The notes: generated by a model from the sequence alone, not told the origin. Numbered from the stretch's first letter, positions 35,545 to 46,679 are shown. The stretch is 64,000 nt of DNA from Chitinophagales bacterium (GCA_049890075.1 JBMHCE010000040.1:17412-81411), one strand, 5' to 3'. Translations and numbers: made by a program.

Positions 35545-38500
35545 ATGAAACGATTGCTCTCCTTTATTGTCCTATGTGCAGCCTTTGCGTTATATTCTAA
35601 CCATGCGAGTGCACAAACATTGTATTCAGAAGACTTTGACGGTGGGTCACTTGCAAGCAAAGGATTTACGGTACTCAATGTTGACGGGTTAATAGGAAAT
35701 ACCGGACTCGATGGTGCCTTTGTAGGATTATCTGACTCATTTACCAATAACGCTTGGATTAACTCATTATCTGTCGGGGGGAGTGTTTGCGCATTAAGCA
35801 CATCATGGTATGACCCTGCGGGAACCTCAAATGATTGGCTGATTACCCCTCCGATCACTCTTACGGGTAGCAACTTGAATATTGCATGGCGAGATATGGC
35901 CTTGGACCCCTCATTTGCTGATGGATATAACGTGCTTATCTCAACAAGTGCCGGGAATACGGTCGGAAGTTTTAATCCTTCTCCGATTTATTCAACTACA
36001 GGAGCTCCTGCAACTTGGACAGAGCAATCCGTTAACCTCAATACCTACGCCGGTCAAACGGTGACGTTTGCCTTTGTAAACAACTCTACAGACATGTATC
36101 TTCTAGGGATTGACTCAATTCGCGTAAGCAACCTTGCCCTCGACGATGTGGCGGTAAGTCAGCCAAGATTAAGCGAGTATACGGCAATACCTTTTGAACA
36201 AGCTGGAACCTACTTTCCATCTCTTGTCGTAACCAATCAGGGCATTAACAATGCTAGTGGAGTCAACGTTTCATGCACTGTAACGGACTTTGGCGGTAAT
36301 ACGGTATACACCGCAACGATGTCAGGAAACACAACGATTGCACCAGGTGCAAGTGTAGCCTTTAATGATGGGGGAAGTGGATTTTCCCCTGCTGCACAGA
36401 TTGACTTATATACTGCCTCCTTTCAGGTGAGTATCAACCAAAATGATATCGTACCTGAAAATGACACGGCAAGTATTCAGCTCTTTATAAGTGACAGCTT
36501 GTATGCCAGGGATGAAGCGGTATCCAATAGTCAGGTTGAAGGATCTTTGGGTATAGGGGCCGGAGCGACAGGAATTTTAGGCAACAACTACACCATAAAT
36601 TCCCCCACGGAAGCGGTAGGAATACAAGCCTTTTTCGATGGCAACTTATTGATTGGAGATACAGTGAGAGGCTATCTATATTCCACATTAAATGGCTTGC
36701 CCGCTAATGTTATCTCGACTACAGCGGACTTTATCGTAACAGCAGCCGACACGCCCGTTATTCGACTTGATTTACTCTTTCCAAGTCAGATACCGCTAAG
36801 TGGAGGACAAACCTATTCCTTTATGATAGAGGAAACAAGCACAGTAGATAATGTGGGGATTTACTACAGCACAAACATCTTTACACCGGGAGCAACCAAT
36901 GCCAATATTAACGGCGGTGCATTTGACGATTTAGGCAATTTAGGATTCCCAAATCCCCTTCTCGTTCGAGGTCTTTTAGCGTATACTCCCGGCATTGGCT
37001 TTGCTGGATTAATTGATGCGGGTACCGCAAATACGACTGTGAACTATTGCCCAGGAGACAGTATTCCTTTAGTCACCGATGGCTCGGAAGTTGTTCCTGC
37101 CGGAGAGGCCTATCAATGGTTATGGACAAGTAACTCTGACACCATTATTCTTTCAGGAGTTGGAACAAACTACTTCGGTGATATCAATGCTGATTTAGTC
37201 GCTGCCATGTCCACGCCAATTGCACCAGGAAGCTATACAATTGAAGGAATGGTTACCGCAGGTGGTGGAATTGCAGACACCACAAACAATTCATTTACCA
37301 TAAATGTCCTCACGGCCAACGATCCTTTATGTCAGTCAACGCCACCACCTTGTCCTAATCCCATATCCGTAAGTGCCTCAATTACTGCAGACACTTGTGG
37401 GCAAAACACAGGAGCTGTTTCAGTAACAACCACAGGTGGTTCGGGACAAATCTCTTATCAGTGGAGTCCTAGTGGGGCGCAATCAAGCTCAATCAGTGGA
37501 CTTTCTGCAGGAAGTTATTCCGTTCAGATTACCGATATCACAGGATGTGATACGACGATCGCATATACAGTCCCTTCTATAAATCCATCGATTACCTTAT
37601 CTACTTCTGTCACCGATGAGTCTACAGGATGTGATGGGTCGGCTAGTGTGACCGTTACTAGTGGAAATGGACCGTTCACCTATCAGTGGAACGATCCAAA
37701 TCAGCAGACAACCAGTACGGCCTCTAATCTATGCGCAGGAAGCTTCACGGTAACCGTAAGTGATGGCAGTGGATGTTCGTCTTCTGCTACTGTAGTTGTG
37801 GGCACAGGGACATCGCCATGTCCTAACCCTATTGCGGTAAGTGCCTCCATAACGGGAGATACTTGTGGGCAAAATACAGGAGCTATTTCAGTAACAACCA
37901 CGGGAGGTTCAGGGCAAATTTTCTATCAATGGAGTCCAGGCGGGGCGCAGTCAAGCTCAATCAATGGACTTTCTGCAGGAAGTTATTCCGTTCAGATTAC
38001 CGATATCACGGGATGCGATACGACGGTAACCTATGTTGTCTCCTCGGTTAATCCATCCTTTTCTCTATCCACTTCATCTACAGATGAATCATGTGGATGT
38101 GATGGGTCGGCTAGTGTTACGGTAAACGGCAATGGACCATTTACTTATCAGTGGGATGATCTCAACGGACAAACAACTAGTACGGCTGCAGATTTATGTG
38201 CAGGAAGCTACACGGTTGTCGTAAGTGATGGCAGTGGGTGTTCGTCTTCTGCTACGGTAACCGTAGGAAGTGCTCCATCCGCTGTATCGGTAAATGTGAC
38301 TTCCACAGACCAAACCGATGCAACCAACCCTGATGGGAGTGCAAGTGCATTTGCCTCTGGAGGTACACCACCTTATTCCTATCTATGGAGTAATGGAGGT
38401 ACTGATGCAATAATTAATGGTCTTGCAGCCGGAAGTTATAGTGTCGATGTTACCGATGCTAATGGATGTACTGGAAGTGCTAGTGTTACGGTTACCGCGA

Positions 38501-38790
38501 ACATCGACACGACTACAAGCATTCTTTCCATGAATTGGCAGTCAATATCGCTATCTCCGAATCCAAGCAGTGGTGACATTCACATTCAATGGACTTCACA
38601 ACAAGCCATTCCTTACACCATAAACGTGATAGATGCCTCGGGTAGACAAATGATATCAACTCAAGGACAATCAGTTCAAGGACTTAACAGAGTCGGTATT
38701 GAAACATCCAGCTTGTCAGCGGGCTTGTATCAAGTAGTTATTCGAAGTCATGAGAGCCAAATTCAACTGGCCCTAACAGTAACCCATTAA
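35545..38790 (+). CDS. T9SS type-A secreted surface protein: choice-of-anchor-J-like N-domain, beta-sandwich region, SprB-type Cys-containing repeats and a Por_Secre_tail CTD
   Basis: Signal MKRLLSFIVLCAAFALYSNHASAQ (the track start at 35518 is less likely). The N-domain reads TLYSEDFDGG...SNDWLITPPITL..YAGQTVTFAFVN. The SprB-like repeats read CGQNTGA(V/I)SVTTTGGSGQI.YQWSP and GGTPPYSYLWSNGGTD. The C-terminus LSPNPSSGDIHIQW..INVIDASGRQM..LSAGLYQVVIRS is a type-A CTD. Confidence 0.9.
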   Translation: MKRLLSFIVLCAAFALYSNHASAQTLYSEDFDGGSLASKGFTVLNVDGLIGNTGLDGAFVGLSDSFTNNAWINSLSVGGSVCALSTSWYDPAGTSNDWLITPPITLTGSNLNIAWRDMALDPSFADGYNVLISTSAGNTVGSFNPSPIYSTTGAPATWTEQSVNLNTYAGQTVTFAFVNNSTDMYLLGIDSIRVSNLALDDVAVSQPRLSEYTAIPFEQAGTYFPSLVVTNQGINNASGVNVSCTVTDFGGNTVYTATMSGNTTIAPGASVAFNDGGSGFSPAAQIDLYTASFQVSINQNDIVPENDTASIQLFISDSLYARDEAVSNSQVEGSLGIGAGATGILGNNYTINSPTEAVGIQAFFDGNLLIGDTVRGYLYSTLNGLPANVISTTADFIVTAADTPVIRLDLLFPSQIPLSGGQTYSFMIEETSTVDNVGIYYSTNIFTPGATNANINGGAFDDLGNLGFPNPLLVRGLLAYTPGIGFAGLIDAGTANTTVNYCPGDSIPLVTDGSEVVPAGEAYQWLWTSNSDTIILSGVGTNYFGDINADLVAAMSTPIAPGSYTIEGMVTAGGGIADTTNNSFTINVLTANDPLCQSTPPPCPNPISVSASITADTCGQNTGAVSVTTTGGSGQISYQWSPSGAQSSSISGLSAGSYSVQITDITGCDTTIAYTVPSINPSITLSTSVTDESTGCDGSASVTVTSGNGPFTYQWNDPNQQTTSTASNLCAGSFTVTVSDGSGCSSSATVVVGTGTSPCPNPIAVSASITGDTCGQNTGAISVTTTGGSGQIFYQWSPGGAQSSSINGLSAGSYSVQITDITGCDTTVTYVVSSVNPSFSLSTSSTDESCGCDGSASVTVNGNGPFTYQWDDLNGQTTSTAADLCAGSYTVVVSDGSGCSSSATVTVGSAPSAVSVNVTSTDQTDATNPDGSASAFASGGTPPYSYLWSNGGTDAIINGLAAGSYSVDVTDANGCTGSASVTVTANIDTTTSILSMNWQSISLSPNPSSGDIHIQWTSQQAIPYTINVIDASGRQMISTQGQSVQGLNRVGIETSSLSAGLYQVVIRSHESQIQLALTVTH
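37351..38283 (+). repeat. In-frame tandem duplication, period 468 bp (156 aa; the second copy is 1 codon shorter), inside the T9SS cargo gene
   Basis: Unit 1 starts tgtcctaatcc at 37351 and unit 2 starts tgtcctaaccc at 37819. The proteins CPNPISVSASITADTCGQNTGAVSVTTTGGSGQISYQWSP... and CPNPIAVSASITGDTCGQNTGAISVTTTGGSGQIFYQWSP... are near-identical. They share an exact 45-nt run (37497-37541 = 37965-38009). Confidence 0.92.
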
Positions 38791-38805
38791 CAGCCCGGAG
38801 AATCC

Positions 38806-40080
38806 CTAGAGAAACTCATATCCAATGTCGGCGCGGTAAAACGCGCCGTCAAATTGGACTTGATTAGCCAACTCTTTTGCGCGATTTGTTGAAGCTTCAA
38901 TAGTGTTTCCCAAAGCCGTAACCGAGACTACACGACCCCCATTAGTTACGAGCTCCTCTGCCTCCATTTTGGTGCCCGCATGATAGATAAATACATCATC
39001 ACAGGAAGTAGGCAATGTCATAGGTAATCCCTTTGCATAAGCCTCTGGGTAGCCTTTTGATGCGACGACCACTGTAGAAGCACATTGTTTGTCAATTGCT
39101 AATTGATACTCTTTCAAGTTTCCTGTTGCAGCACTCCAACATGCTTCTAACACATCCGAAGTGATCCTTGGCAAGACAACCTGTGTCTCGGGATCTCCAA
39201 ACCGACAATTGTATTCAATAACATGAATATCTCCTTCTTCTGAAAGAATTAAACCAATGTATACTACACCATGGTAGACAAGCCCTTCATTATGCAGTCC
39301 ATTAATCGTCGGTTGAATAACCGAACGATCCACCTTGCGCATGATTTCCTCACTGACAAAGGGCGGTGGTGAAACAGCACCCATTCCTCCGGTATTTAAC
39401 CCAGTGTCGCCTTCCCCAACGCGCTTGTAATCTTTAGCCGTTGGTAAAATTTTATAGTCTTTACCATCCGTTAGCACAAACACGGAAAATTCTGTACCCG
39501 ATAAAAACTCTTCAATCACTACCCGAGCACTACTCTGACCAAATTGCTGATCTACAATCATTTTACGAAGACTACTTTTCGCTTCGTCTAGCGCATCCAA
39601 AATAAGTACACCTTTGCCCGCAGCAAGACCATCTGCCTTTAAAACATATGGCCCCTTTGTATGCTCTAAGTGACACATACCTTCTTCCAGATTATCTGCA
39701 GTCACCTCCATGTATGAGGCTGTTGGAATATTATGCCGACTCATAAAAGCCTTGGCAAAACCTTTACTACCTTCCAATTGCGCTGCAGCCTCAGAAGGCC
39801 CAAACACAGGAATATCGCGTTCGGCAAAAAAGTCAAAGACCCCTTCGACTAGTGGCTGTTCAGGCCCTACGCATATAAAGTCAATGTTCTGTTGTTTTAC
39901 AACTTGTGCCAATCCTTCAAAATCGGTAGGAGAACACGATAAGCGCTCTCCTAACAAATGACTGCCCGCATTGCCAGGAGCCAAAAACAACTTAGCTAAT
40001 CGGGGAGACAAACTAAACGAACGTGCCAAAGCATGTTCGCGCCCCCCACCTCCAAGAAGTAAAACATTCATTTTTTTCAT
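38806..40080 (-). CDS. purD: Phosphoribosylamine-glycine ligase
   Basis: Contains MKKMNVLLLGGGGREHALA and an ATP-grasp body. The ORF-track start (40140) adds ~20 non-conserved residues. ATG 40080 or 40071 is more likely. Confidence 0.95.
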   Translation of the reverse strand: MKKMNVLLLGGGGREHALARSFSLSPRLAKLFLAPGNAGSHLLGERLSCSPTDFEGLAQVVKQQNIDFICVGPEQPLVEGVFDFFAERDIPVFGPSEAAAQLEGSKGFAKAFMSRHNIPTASYMEVTADNLEEGMCHLEHTKGPYVLKADGLAAGKGVLILDALDEAKSSLRKMIVDQQFGQSSARVVIEEFLSGTEFSVFVLTDGKDYKILPTAKDYKRVGEGDTGLNTGGMGAVSPPPFVSEEIMRKVDRSVIQPTINGLHNEGLVYHGVVYIGLILSEEGDIHVIEYNCRFGDPETQVVLPRITSDVLEACWSAATGNLKEYQLAIDKQCASTVVVASKGYPEAYAKGLPMTLPTSCDDVFIYHAGTKMEAEELVTNGGRVVSVTALGNTIEASTNRAKELANQVQFDGAFYRADIGYEFL

Positions 40081-40100
40081 GCGTTTAAAGGTAGTGAAGT

Positions 40101-40136
40101 CCCTTAGTATTGAAGGCAGAATACTTTGGACAAGGG
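40101..40136. other. Interrupted inverted repeat in the purD/secA divergent intergenic region
   Basis: CCCTT-AGTATT-gaaggcag-AATACT-ttggac-AAGGG has a 6-bp inner stem with an 8-nt loop, and a 5-bp outer stem after a 6-nt bulge. It lies 38 nt upstream of the secA ATG. Confidence 0.35.
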
Positions 40137-40173
40137 ACAATAATGACGTATTTTTCGGAACTGAAAATGACCT

Positions 40174-43100
40174 ATGGCCGGATTTCTAGAAGGAGTGTTT
40201 AATCTTTTTGGCAAAAAAAATGAGCGAGACCGTAAAGCTGTACAGCCAAGAATAGACCTCATTAATGCAACCTATGCAGAATATGCCCAGTTAAGCGATG
40301 AAGCCCTGCGCAACAAAACCAGCGAATTTCGCGAACGCCTAGCCAACCATTTATCAGGTATTCAATCAGAAATTGCTGAATTGGACAATAAGGTCAATCA
40401 GGAGGATTTAGATCTCGATACCAAGGAAGAAATCTTCAAAGCAATTGATGGCTTAAAGAAGAAACAAGATGAGGCTATTGAGGTCTTTCTCAATGAGATA
40501 CTTCCTGAGGCCTTTGCGGTCATGAAGGAAACCTCAAGGCGTTTTTCTGAAGCGGATGTTCTGCGTGTTAAAGCCTCAGATTTAGACCGTGAATTGGCCA
40601 TTGATGCCGACTACGTATCGATTCAAAATGACATGGCTGAGTACAAGACATCTTGGGACGCTGCAGGTAGCATGATCGATTGGAAAATGGTCCACTATGA
40701 TGTGCAGCTGCACGGTGGTATTGTCCTTCACGAAGGAAAAATAGCTGAGATGCAAACAGGTGAAGGTAAGACCCTGGTATCCACCCTGCCAGCCTATCTA
40801 AATGCCATCGCTGGCCTTGGCGTGCACATCATTACGGTAAATAACTATCTAGCACGTCGTGACTGTGAATGGAACAGACCGTTGTTTGCCTTTCTTGGTC
40901 TAACTGTCGATTGTATTGATCTATATCGGCCCCACTCTCCTGAACGAATCAAAGCCTATAAGGCAGACATAACGTACGGCACGAATAATGAGTTTGGTTT
41001 TGATTACCTGAGAGACAACATGGTCAATAGTACCAAAGAAATCATGCAAACCAAATTGCATTATGCTATGATTGACGAAGTTGACTCCGTTCTAGTCGAC
41101 GATGCACGAACGCCACTTATCATATCTGGACCTATTGGCAAAAGCAACGAACAGCAGTTTCATGAGCTAAAACCACGTATTCAGCGATTGATTGACGTCC
41201 AAAAGAAGGATGCTACTCAATACCTCACTTCAGCTAAGAAAAAGATTGCCGAGGGCAATACAGGATACAAAGAAGGAGAGGGAGGATTTGAATTGTTACG
41301 AGCCTACCGCGCTTTTCCAAAAAACAAGCCACTTATCAAATTCCTGAGTGAAGCAGGAAATCGACAAATCCTTCAAAAAACAGAAAACTTCTACCTACAA
41401 GACCAAGCTAAAGAAATGCCAACGGTTGATGAAGCGCTCTACTTTATCATAGAAGAAAAACAAAACTCGATTGATCTCACGGACAAGGGTATTGATCTGA
41501 TTACAGCCAATGGTGAAGACCGTGAATTTTTTGTGCTTCCAGACGTTGGTGTTGAGATTGCGGAAATCGAACAAAAAAATCTTCCCGAAGAAGAAGAGCT
41601 AAAACTCAAGGACGAATTGATGTCCAACTTTGCGGTTAAGTCTGAGCGCTTACACTCCATTAACCAACTTCTCAAAGCCTATGCGCTCTATGAACGAGAT
41701 GATCAATATGTGGTCATGGATGGAAAAGTTAAAATCGTAGATGAAAACACAGGGCGTATAATGGACGGACGTCGTTACTCCGATGGGCTACATCAAGCTA
41801 TTGAGGCAAAGGAAAATGTCAAAGTGGAAGCTGCTACCCAGACCCGTGCCACCGTTACACTTCAAAACTTTTTTCGAATGTATCATAAGCTTTCTGGTAT
41901 GACGGGAACGGCCATCACAGAAGCAGGAGAATTTTGGGACATCTATAAACTTGATGTCGTTGAAATCCCCACCAACAAGCCAATTATACGGGATGATAGA
42001 AACGACTTAGTATATAAGACCGAACGGGAAAAGTACAATGCGATAATCGAAGAAATCAAAGTGTTGACCGAGCAAAAGAGACCTGTCTTGGTAGGTACAA
42101 CCTCTGTAGAAATTTCAGAAAAGCTTGCCCGTATGCTATCGCGGCAAAAGATTAAACACAATGTTCTTAACGCCAAGCAACACCAGCGAGAAGCGGAAGT
42201 AGTTGCCGAGGCGGGAAGGCCCGGAGCAGTGACGATTGCGACCAACATGGCGGGTCGTGGTACCGATATCAAGTTATCTCAAGAAGTCCTTGACGCCGGA
42301 GGGCTTGCTATCATAGGTTCTGAGCGACATGACTCTCGACGAGTTGACCGTCAGCTACGCGGAAGAGCAGGAAGACAGGGAGATGCTGGATCTTCTCAAT
42401 TCTTTGTGTCCTTAGAGGACCGTCTGATGCGACTTTTTGGCTCCGAAAGAATCTCCAAAGTAATGGATCGTTTCGGCTATGAAGAAGGAGAGGTGATCCA
42501 ACATAGCATGATAACCAAATCCATTGAACGGGCTCAGCGAAAAGTAGAGGAAAACAATTTTGGTACGCGAAAACGCTTGATTGAGTATGATGATGTCATG
42601 AATCTTCAGCGAGAGGTGATCTATACCAAGAGACGTAATGCTTTGTTTGGTGACCGACTAAGCGTTGACATTTTAGACGCTTTCTACTCATTAGCAGCCA
42701 ATGCCATTCAACTTTATAAAGAGGATGAATACAATGATTACGAAGGGTTTAAGCTGTATTGCTTCAGAATGTTTGCCTTGAATCCATCCATGAGTGAATC
42801 AGCTTTTGAAACCGGCAACAGCGAGGACTTGATTGCTTCCCTATTTGAGCAAATTACCGAGCAATACAAACGAAGAACTACTCAAATTCGGGACAATGCA
42901 CTCCCTACACTTCGACGCATCCATGCCGAACGAGGTGATACGATAAAAAATGTAGTTTTCCCTGTTTCCGATGGGCGAAGACAAGCTCAGGTTACGCTGA
43001 AATTGGAGGAAGCACTTGAAGGAAATGGCAATGCTGTTATGACGGCTGTTGAGCGAAGTATATCCCTAGCACTAATCGACGATAAATGGAAGGATCATCT

Positions 43101-43470
43101 GAGAACTATGGATGATTTAAAGCAAGAGGTTCGCACGGCATCTTATGAGCAAAAAGATCCCTTACTCGTCTACAAGCAAGAGGCGTATCAGCTCTTCGAA
43201 AATCTTATCATAGATATCAATGAAAACCTCTGTAGCTTTCTTGCAAAAGTTAATATCGTAGCGAATCAAGAAGCGCAGCAGGCGCAGCAAAGTGCACCTT
43301 CTGAAAAGCTTACCGCTTCAAGACCTAGTGAAGCTGGGAATTCGCAGCAAAGACCACAAGAAAAACCAAAGGCAACACCCGTGCGCTCAACAAAGAAAGT
43401 AGGGCGAAATGAACCGTGCCCTTGCGGAAGTGGAAAGAAATACAAACAATGTCATGGCCTTCAAGCGTAA
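40174..43470 (+). CDS. secA: Preprotein translocase ATPase SecA
   Basis: Contains [48 protein letters not shown] and [12 protein letters not shown]. The C-terminal zinc finger reads [14 protein letters not shown]. Confidence 0.98.
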   Translation: MAGFLEGVFNLFGKKNERDRKAVQPRIDLINATYAEYAQLSDEALRNKTSEFRERLANHLSGIQSEIAELDNKVNQEDLDLDTKEEIFKAIDGLKKKQDEAIEVFLNEILPEAFAVMKETSRRFSEADVLRVKASDLDRELAIDADYVSIQNDMAEYKTSWDAAGSMIDWKMVHYDVQLHGGIVLHEGKIAEMQTGEGKTLVSTLPAYLNAIAGLGVHIITVNNYLARRDCEWNRPLFAFLGLTVDCIDLYRPHSPERIKAYKADITYGTNNEFGFDYLRDNMVNSTKEIMQTKLHYAMIDEVDSVLVDDARTPLIISGPIGKSNEQQFHELKPRIQRLIDVQKKDATQYLTSAKKKIAEGNTGYKEGEGGFELLRAYRAFPKNKPLIKFLSEAGNRQILQKTENFYLQDQAKEMPTVDEALYFIIEEKQNSIDLTDKGIDLITANGEDREFFVLPDVGVEIAEIEQKNLPEEEELKLKDELMSNFAVKSERLHSINQLLKAYALYERDDQYVVMDGKVKIVDENTGRIMDGRRYSDGLHQAIEAKENVKVEAATQTRATVTLQNFFRMYHKLSGMTGTAITEAGEFWDIYKLDVVEIPTNKPIIRDDRNDLVYKTEREKYNAIIEEIKVLTEQKRPVLVGTTSVEISEKLARMLSRQKIKHNVLNAKQHQREAEVVAEAGRPGAVTIATNMAGRGTDIKLSQEVLDAGGLAIIGSERHDSRRVDRQLRGRAGRQGDAGSSQFFVSLEDRLMRLFGSERISKVMDRFGYEEGEVIQHSMITKSIERAQRKVEENNFGTRKRLIEYDDVMNLQREVIYTKRRNALFGDRLSVDILDAFYSLAANAIQLYKEDEYNDYEGFKLYCFRMFALNPSMSESAFETGNSEDLIASLFEQITEQYKRRTTQIRDNALPTLRRIHAERGDTIKNVVFPVSDGRRQAQVTLKLEEALEGNGNAVMTAVERSISLALIDDKWKDHLRTMDDLKQEVRTASYEQKDPLLVYKQEAYQLFENLIIDINENLCSFLAKVNIVANQEAQQAQQSAPSEKLTASRPSEAGNSQQRPQEKPKATPVRSTKKVGRNEPCPCGSGKKYKQCHGLQA

Positions 43471-44011
43471 GGTAAGCTACAGCTGGAGCAATCCCTCAGC
43501 AGTTCTTCTCTTTGTGCTTTGCTTGGGTGCAACGGCGACCTATGCCCAAGAGGCTCCAGCTAATGAGCCCTCAGACTCTACGATAGGGGAAGGCTTGAGA
43601 CAAGGCGACGTAAGTTTGGATTCCCCAGAAGAGGGAATAATCGACTCAACACCTCGTCACGTGCATCAAATAGTTGATGAAAGCCGTAAAACTTCTGTGA
43701 CATTCTACCATGACATTCAATTTTTCAGTGCAGGCCTAAAGGAAGTTACGCAACGCACCAATCTGAGTATTGGCTATAGAATACTTGTTATGTCTGATAG
43801 AAGTGAAGCGGTGGTCAATCAGGTTATGGACGACTTCTATCGTTCCTACAGAAACTTGCCGACTTACAAGGTTTTTAACTCACCCTATACCGAATTGAAG
43901 GTTGGAGACTTTTCTACGTATCTGGAAGCCTCTTATTGGGCCTATCAGATGAAAAGCGAGTTCCGTGGAGCTTATGTAGTGCAAGAGGTAGTAAACCGAC
44001 GTAAGAAATGA
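43454..44011 (+). CDS. Secreted protein with a C-terminal SPOR-like (peptidoglycan-binding) domain
   Basis: [32 protein letters not shown] is a signal. The C-terminal [58 protein letters not shown] has a SPOR-like pattern. The ORF-track start at 43409 lies deeper inside secA. The ATG at 43454 still overlaps secA by 17 nt. Confidence 0.55.
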   Translation: MAFKRKVSYSWSNPSAVLLFVLCLGATATYAQEAPANEPSDSTIGEGLRQGDVSLDSPEEGIIDSTPRHVHQIVDESRKTSVTFYHDIQFFSAGLKEVTQRTNLSIGYRILVMSDRSEAVVNQVMDDFYRSYRNLPTYKVFNSPYTELKVGDFSTYLEASYWAYQMKSEFRGAYVVQEVVNRRKK

Positions 44012-45150
44012 AGCTTTCCCAAGATATTATAACCAATGCCATAGCGCATCGAAGGCATCTTCACGCACATCCTGAATTATCGGGGCAAGAATTTAAGACT
44101 GCCGAATACATCCAGGCCTGCCTCGACAAATGGGGAGTGTCTTATGAAAAAAATATTGGAGGATTGGGCATTGTTGCATGGATGGGCCCAGAAACAAGCG
44201 ATTGCCTTGCTCTTCGAGCCGATATGGATGCTTTACCAATTTGCGAGACCAATACAGCATCTTACCAATCCACTAATGCAGGTGTAATGCATGCCTGTGG
44301 TCATGATGTGCACATGGCTTGCCTCTTAGGGGCCATTGAGGCGCTTCAAAGCGACGCATCTCTCTCTAAACGGGTTTACTTTATTTTTCAACCTCATGAA
44401 GAAGTCTTGCCAGGAGGCGCACAATTGATGATTGACGAGGGACTTTTTGAGCGATTTCCAATCGCCAAACTAGTTGGATTACATGTTAGTCCGGAACTGG
44501 AGGCAGGAGTGATTGGACATTGCGCTGGACCTTTTATGGCGGCGTCCGATGAGATACGTGTGACCTTTGAAAGCAAAGGGGGGCATGCCGCCAGACCCCA
44601 CTTAACAGGCGACACCATTGCTATGGGAGCCAACTTTATCGTGCAGGCACAACAAATTGTTTCTCGCTTATCCAATCCCATCGAACCCATACTATTTACC
44701 ATTGGGGTGTTTGAGGGCAAAGGGGCGACAAACATCATTCCTGCTAACGTGACCTTGGAGGGTACCCTGCGTACCATGAATGAGGCACATCGCTCAGCAA
44801 TACATGGCAAACTAGATGGTCTCGCCATGCAAATCGCTTCATTTAATCAAGGCAAGGCTGACCTTTCAATTAAGCATGGATACCCCGTATTATTGAATGA
44901 TGCAAGCTTAACGCAACACGCTGTCCAAGCGCTTGAATCCAATGATGTAACCTGTCAAAAAATACCCATGCGAATGACTTCAGAAGACTTTGCTAGATAT
45001 GGACAACACGGCAAGCCCTTAAGCTTTCTTCGCCTTGGAACGGGAAACCCAAACCACTCCGGTTTGCATCGTCCAGATTTCGATATCAATGAAGACGCCA
45101 TTGGCCATGGAGTAAGAACACTTACCATACTAGCAAGCGCATTGCATTAA
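44008..45150 (+). CDS. M20D-family amidohydrolase (N-acyl-L-amino-acid amidohydrolase-like)
   Basis: Contains IAHRRHLHAHPELSGQEFKTAEYI, LRADMDALP and MHACGHDVH. There is an ATGA overlap with the upstream gene. Confidence 0.9.
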   Translation: MKLSQDIITNAIAHRRHLHAHPELSGQEFKTAEYIQACLDKWGVSYEKNIGGLGIVAWMGPETSDCLALRADMDALPICETNTASYQSTNAGVMHACGHDVHMACLLGAIEALQSDASLSKRVYFIFQPHEEVLPGGAQLMIDEGLFERFPIAKLVGLHVSPELEAGVIGHCAGPFMAASDEIRVTFESKGGHAARPHLTGDTIAMGANFIVQAQQIVSRLSNPIEPILFTIGVFEGKGATNIIPANVTLEGTLRTMNEAHRSAIHGKLDGLAMQIASFNQGKADLSIKHGYPVLLNDASLTQHAVQALESNDVTCQKIPMRMTSEDFARYGQHGKPLSFLRLGTGNPNHSGLHRPDFDINEDAIGHGVRTLTILASALH

Positions 45151-45177
45151 TGTTTATTTCATTTACTTTGTACCACT

Positions 45178-45774
45178 ATGTCAGATAACATCTTTCCTAT
45201 ATATGACCAACTTGTGTCAAGACATGAAAAGGAGGATTTTCTTAACCAACAGGGAGCCGTTTTCTGGCTTACCGGCCTATCGGGTTCCGGTAAGAGCACC
45301 ATGGCAAAACAGTTAGAGCGCCAGTTGTTTAATGAAGGTTTTGTCGTACAAGTGCTCGATGGCGACAATGTTCGCTCCGGAATCAATAACAATTTAGGAT
45401 TTAGTGAAGAAGATCGAAAGGAAAACATTCGGCGCATTGCAGAAGTAGCGAAGCTCTTTAGCACATCAGGAATAGTGACCGTATGTAGTTTCGTCAGCCC
45501 AAAAAATGAATTGCGAGAAATGGCTCGCCAAATTATAGGTGACGAGTTCCACTTGGTCTACATATCGTCTAGCCTTAAAAAATGCGAAGAAAGGGATGTA
45601 AAGGGTCTTTACGCAAAAGCTAGAAAAGGAGAAATCAAAAACTTCACAGGAATCGATGCCCCTTTTGACATTCCTAGTACTCCACACCTAACGTTGGATA
45701 CCGAAAGAGATACCATAGAGGATTCCACCGCATCACTCTATCATTATGCCATCAAGCATATCAAAAAATCATAA
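45178..45774 (+). CDS. cysC: Adenylyl-sulfate (APS) kinase
   Basis: Contains FWLTGLSGSGKST, LDGDNVRSGINNNLGFSEEDRKENIRR and GLYAKARKGEIKNFTGID. Confidence 0.95.
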   Translation: MSDNIFPIYDQLVSRHEKEDFLNQQGAVFWLTGLSGSGKSTMAKQLERQLFNEGFVVQVLDGDNVRSGINNNLGFSEEDRKENIRRIAEVAKLFSTSGIVTVCSFVSPKNELREMARQIIGDEFHLVYISSSLKKCEERDVKGLYAKARKGEIKNFTGIDAPFDIPSTPHLTLDTERDTIEDSTASLYHYAIKHIKKS

Positions 45775-45776
45775 CT

Positions 45777-46679
45777 ATGGGATATAGCATTAATCATCTT
45801 CGTGAATTGGAATCGGAAGCCATTTATGTATTAAGAGAGGTTGCCGCGCAGTTTGAAAACCCCTGTATTCTTTTTTCAGGAGGCAAGGATTCTATCCTCC
45901 TTACCCACCTTGCAAAAAAAGCATTTTATCCTGCGAAGATTCCTTTTCCATTAGTTCATATTGATACGGGACATAACTTTCCAGAGACGCTAACTTTTAG
46001 AGACGACCTTGCTAAGGAATTACAAGCAAAACTCATTGTTGGGAGTGTGCAATCTATGATCGACAGCGGCATGGCCCACGAAGAGACAGGAGCGAATGCC
46101 TCGCGAAACATCGCACAAATACCCACCCTGCTCGATACCATCGAAAAATACAAATTTGATGCCTTGATGGGTGGTGCACGACGAGATGAGGAAAAAGCAA
46201 GAGCAAAAGAACGCTTCTTCTCTCACCGTGATGAATTTAGTCAGTGGGATCCCAAGAACCAACGACCTGAGTTATGGAACCTTTACAATGGAAAAAAACA
46301 CCACGGAGAACACTTCAGGGTATTTCCAATAAGCAATTGGACAGAACTCGACGTTTGGCAGTATATCGGTATGGAAAACATTGCCCTACCCTCACTGTAT
46401 TATGCCCACAAGCGCAGAATTTTCGAACGCGATGGAGTCATTTTATCTGAATCCCCATTTATCACCTTACGTGAAGGGGAAGAGATTCGCGAAGAAATTG
46501 TTCGTTTTCGAACAATGGGCGATGCCACCATTACAGGTGCCTATAGATCAGATGCTGATACTATAGATAAAATTATTCAAGAAGTAGCAGCCGCTCGATC
46601 TACTGAACGTGGGAGTCGCGCTGATGATAAACGATCGGAAACTGCTATGGAGGATCGTAAAAAAGAAGGATACTTTTAA
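45777..46679 (+). CDS. cysD: Sulfate adenylyltransferase subunit 2
   Basis: Contains LRELESEAIYVLREV, the FSGGKDS PP-loop, GGARRDEEKARAKERFFS and NWTELDVWQYI. Confidence 0.95.
   Translation: MGYSINHLRELESEAIYVLREVAAQFENPCILFSGGKDSILLTHLAKKAFYPAKIPFPLVHIDTGHNFPETLTFRDDLAKELQAKLIVGSVQSMIDSGMAHEETGANASRNIAQIPTLLDTIEKYKFDALMGGARRDEEKARAKERFFSHRDEFSQWDPKNQRPELWNLYNGKKHHGEHFRVFPISNWTELDVWQYIGMENIALPSLYYAHKRRIFERDGVILSESPFITLREGEEIREEIVRFRTMGDATITGAYRSDADTIDKIIQEVAAARSTERGSRADDKRSETAMEDRKKEGYF

Noticed and set aside
40081-40140. The purD ORF in the track carries an N-terminal extension (MSLVQSILPSILRDFTTFKR).
   Set aside because: PurD proteins begin essentially at the GGGGREHAL glycine loop. The extension is unconserved-looking and would consume most of the divergent promoter region.
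43409-43453. The longer start (ATG 43409) given in the track for the SPOR-like protein.
   Set aside because: It would add 15 residues read from inside the secA zinc-finger coding region. The signal peptide pattern begins right after the Met at 43454.
44394-44828. A 144-aa ORF on the - strand inside the M20 amidohydrolase gene.
   Set aside because: It is antisense to a well-supported CDS, with a Pro/Ser/Ala-rich shadow-frame composition. The same reasoning applies to the other 60-110-aa antisense ORFs listed in the track (for example 867-1317, 2503-2876, 8362-9063, 16283-16624, 41439-42272 and 56067-56467).
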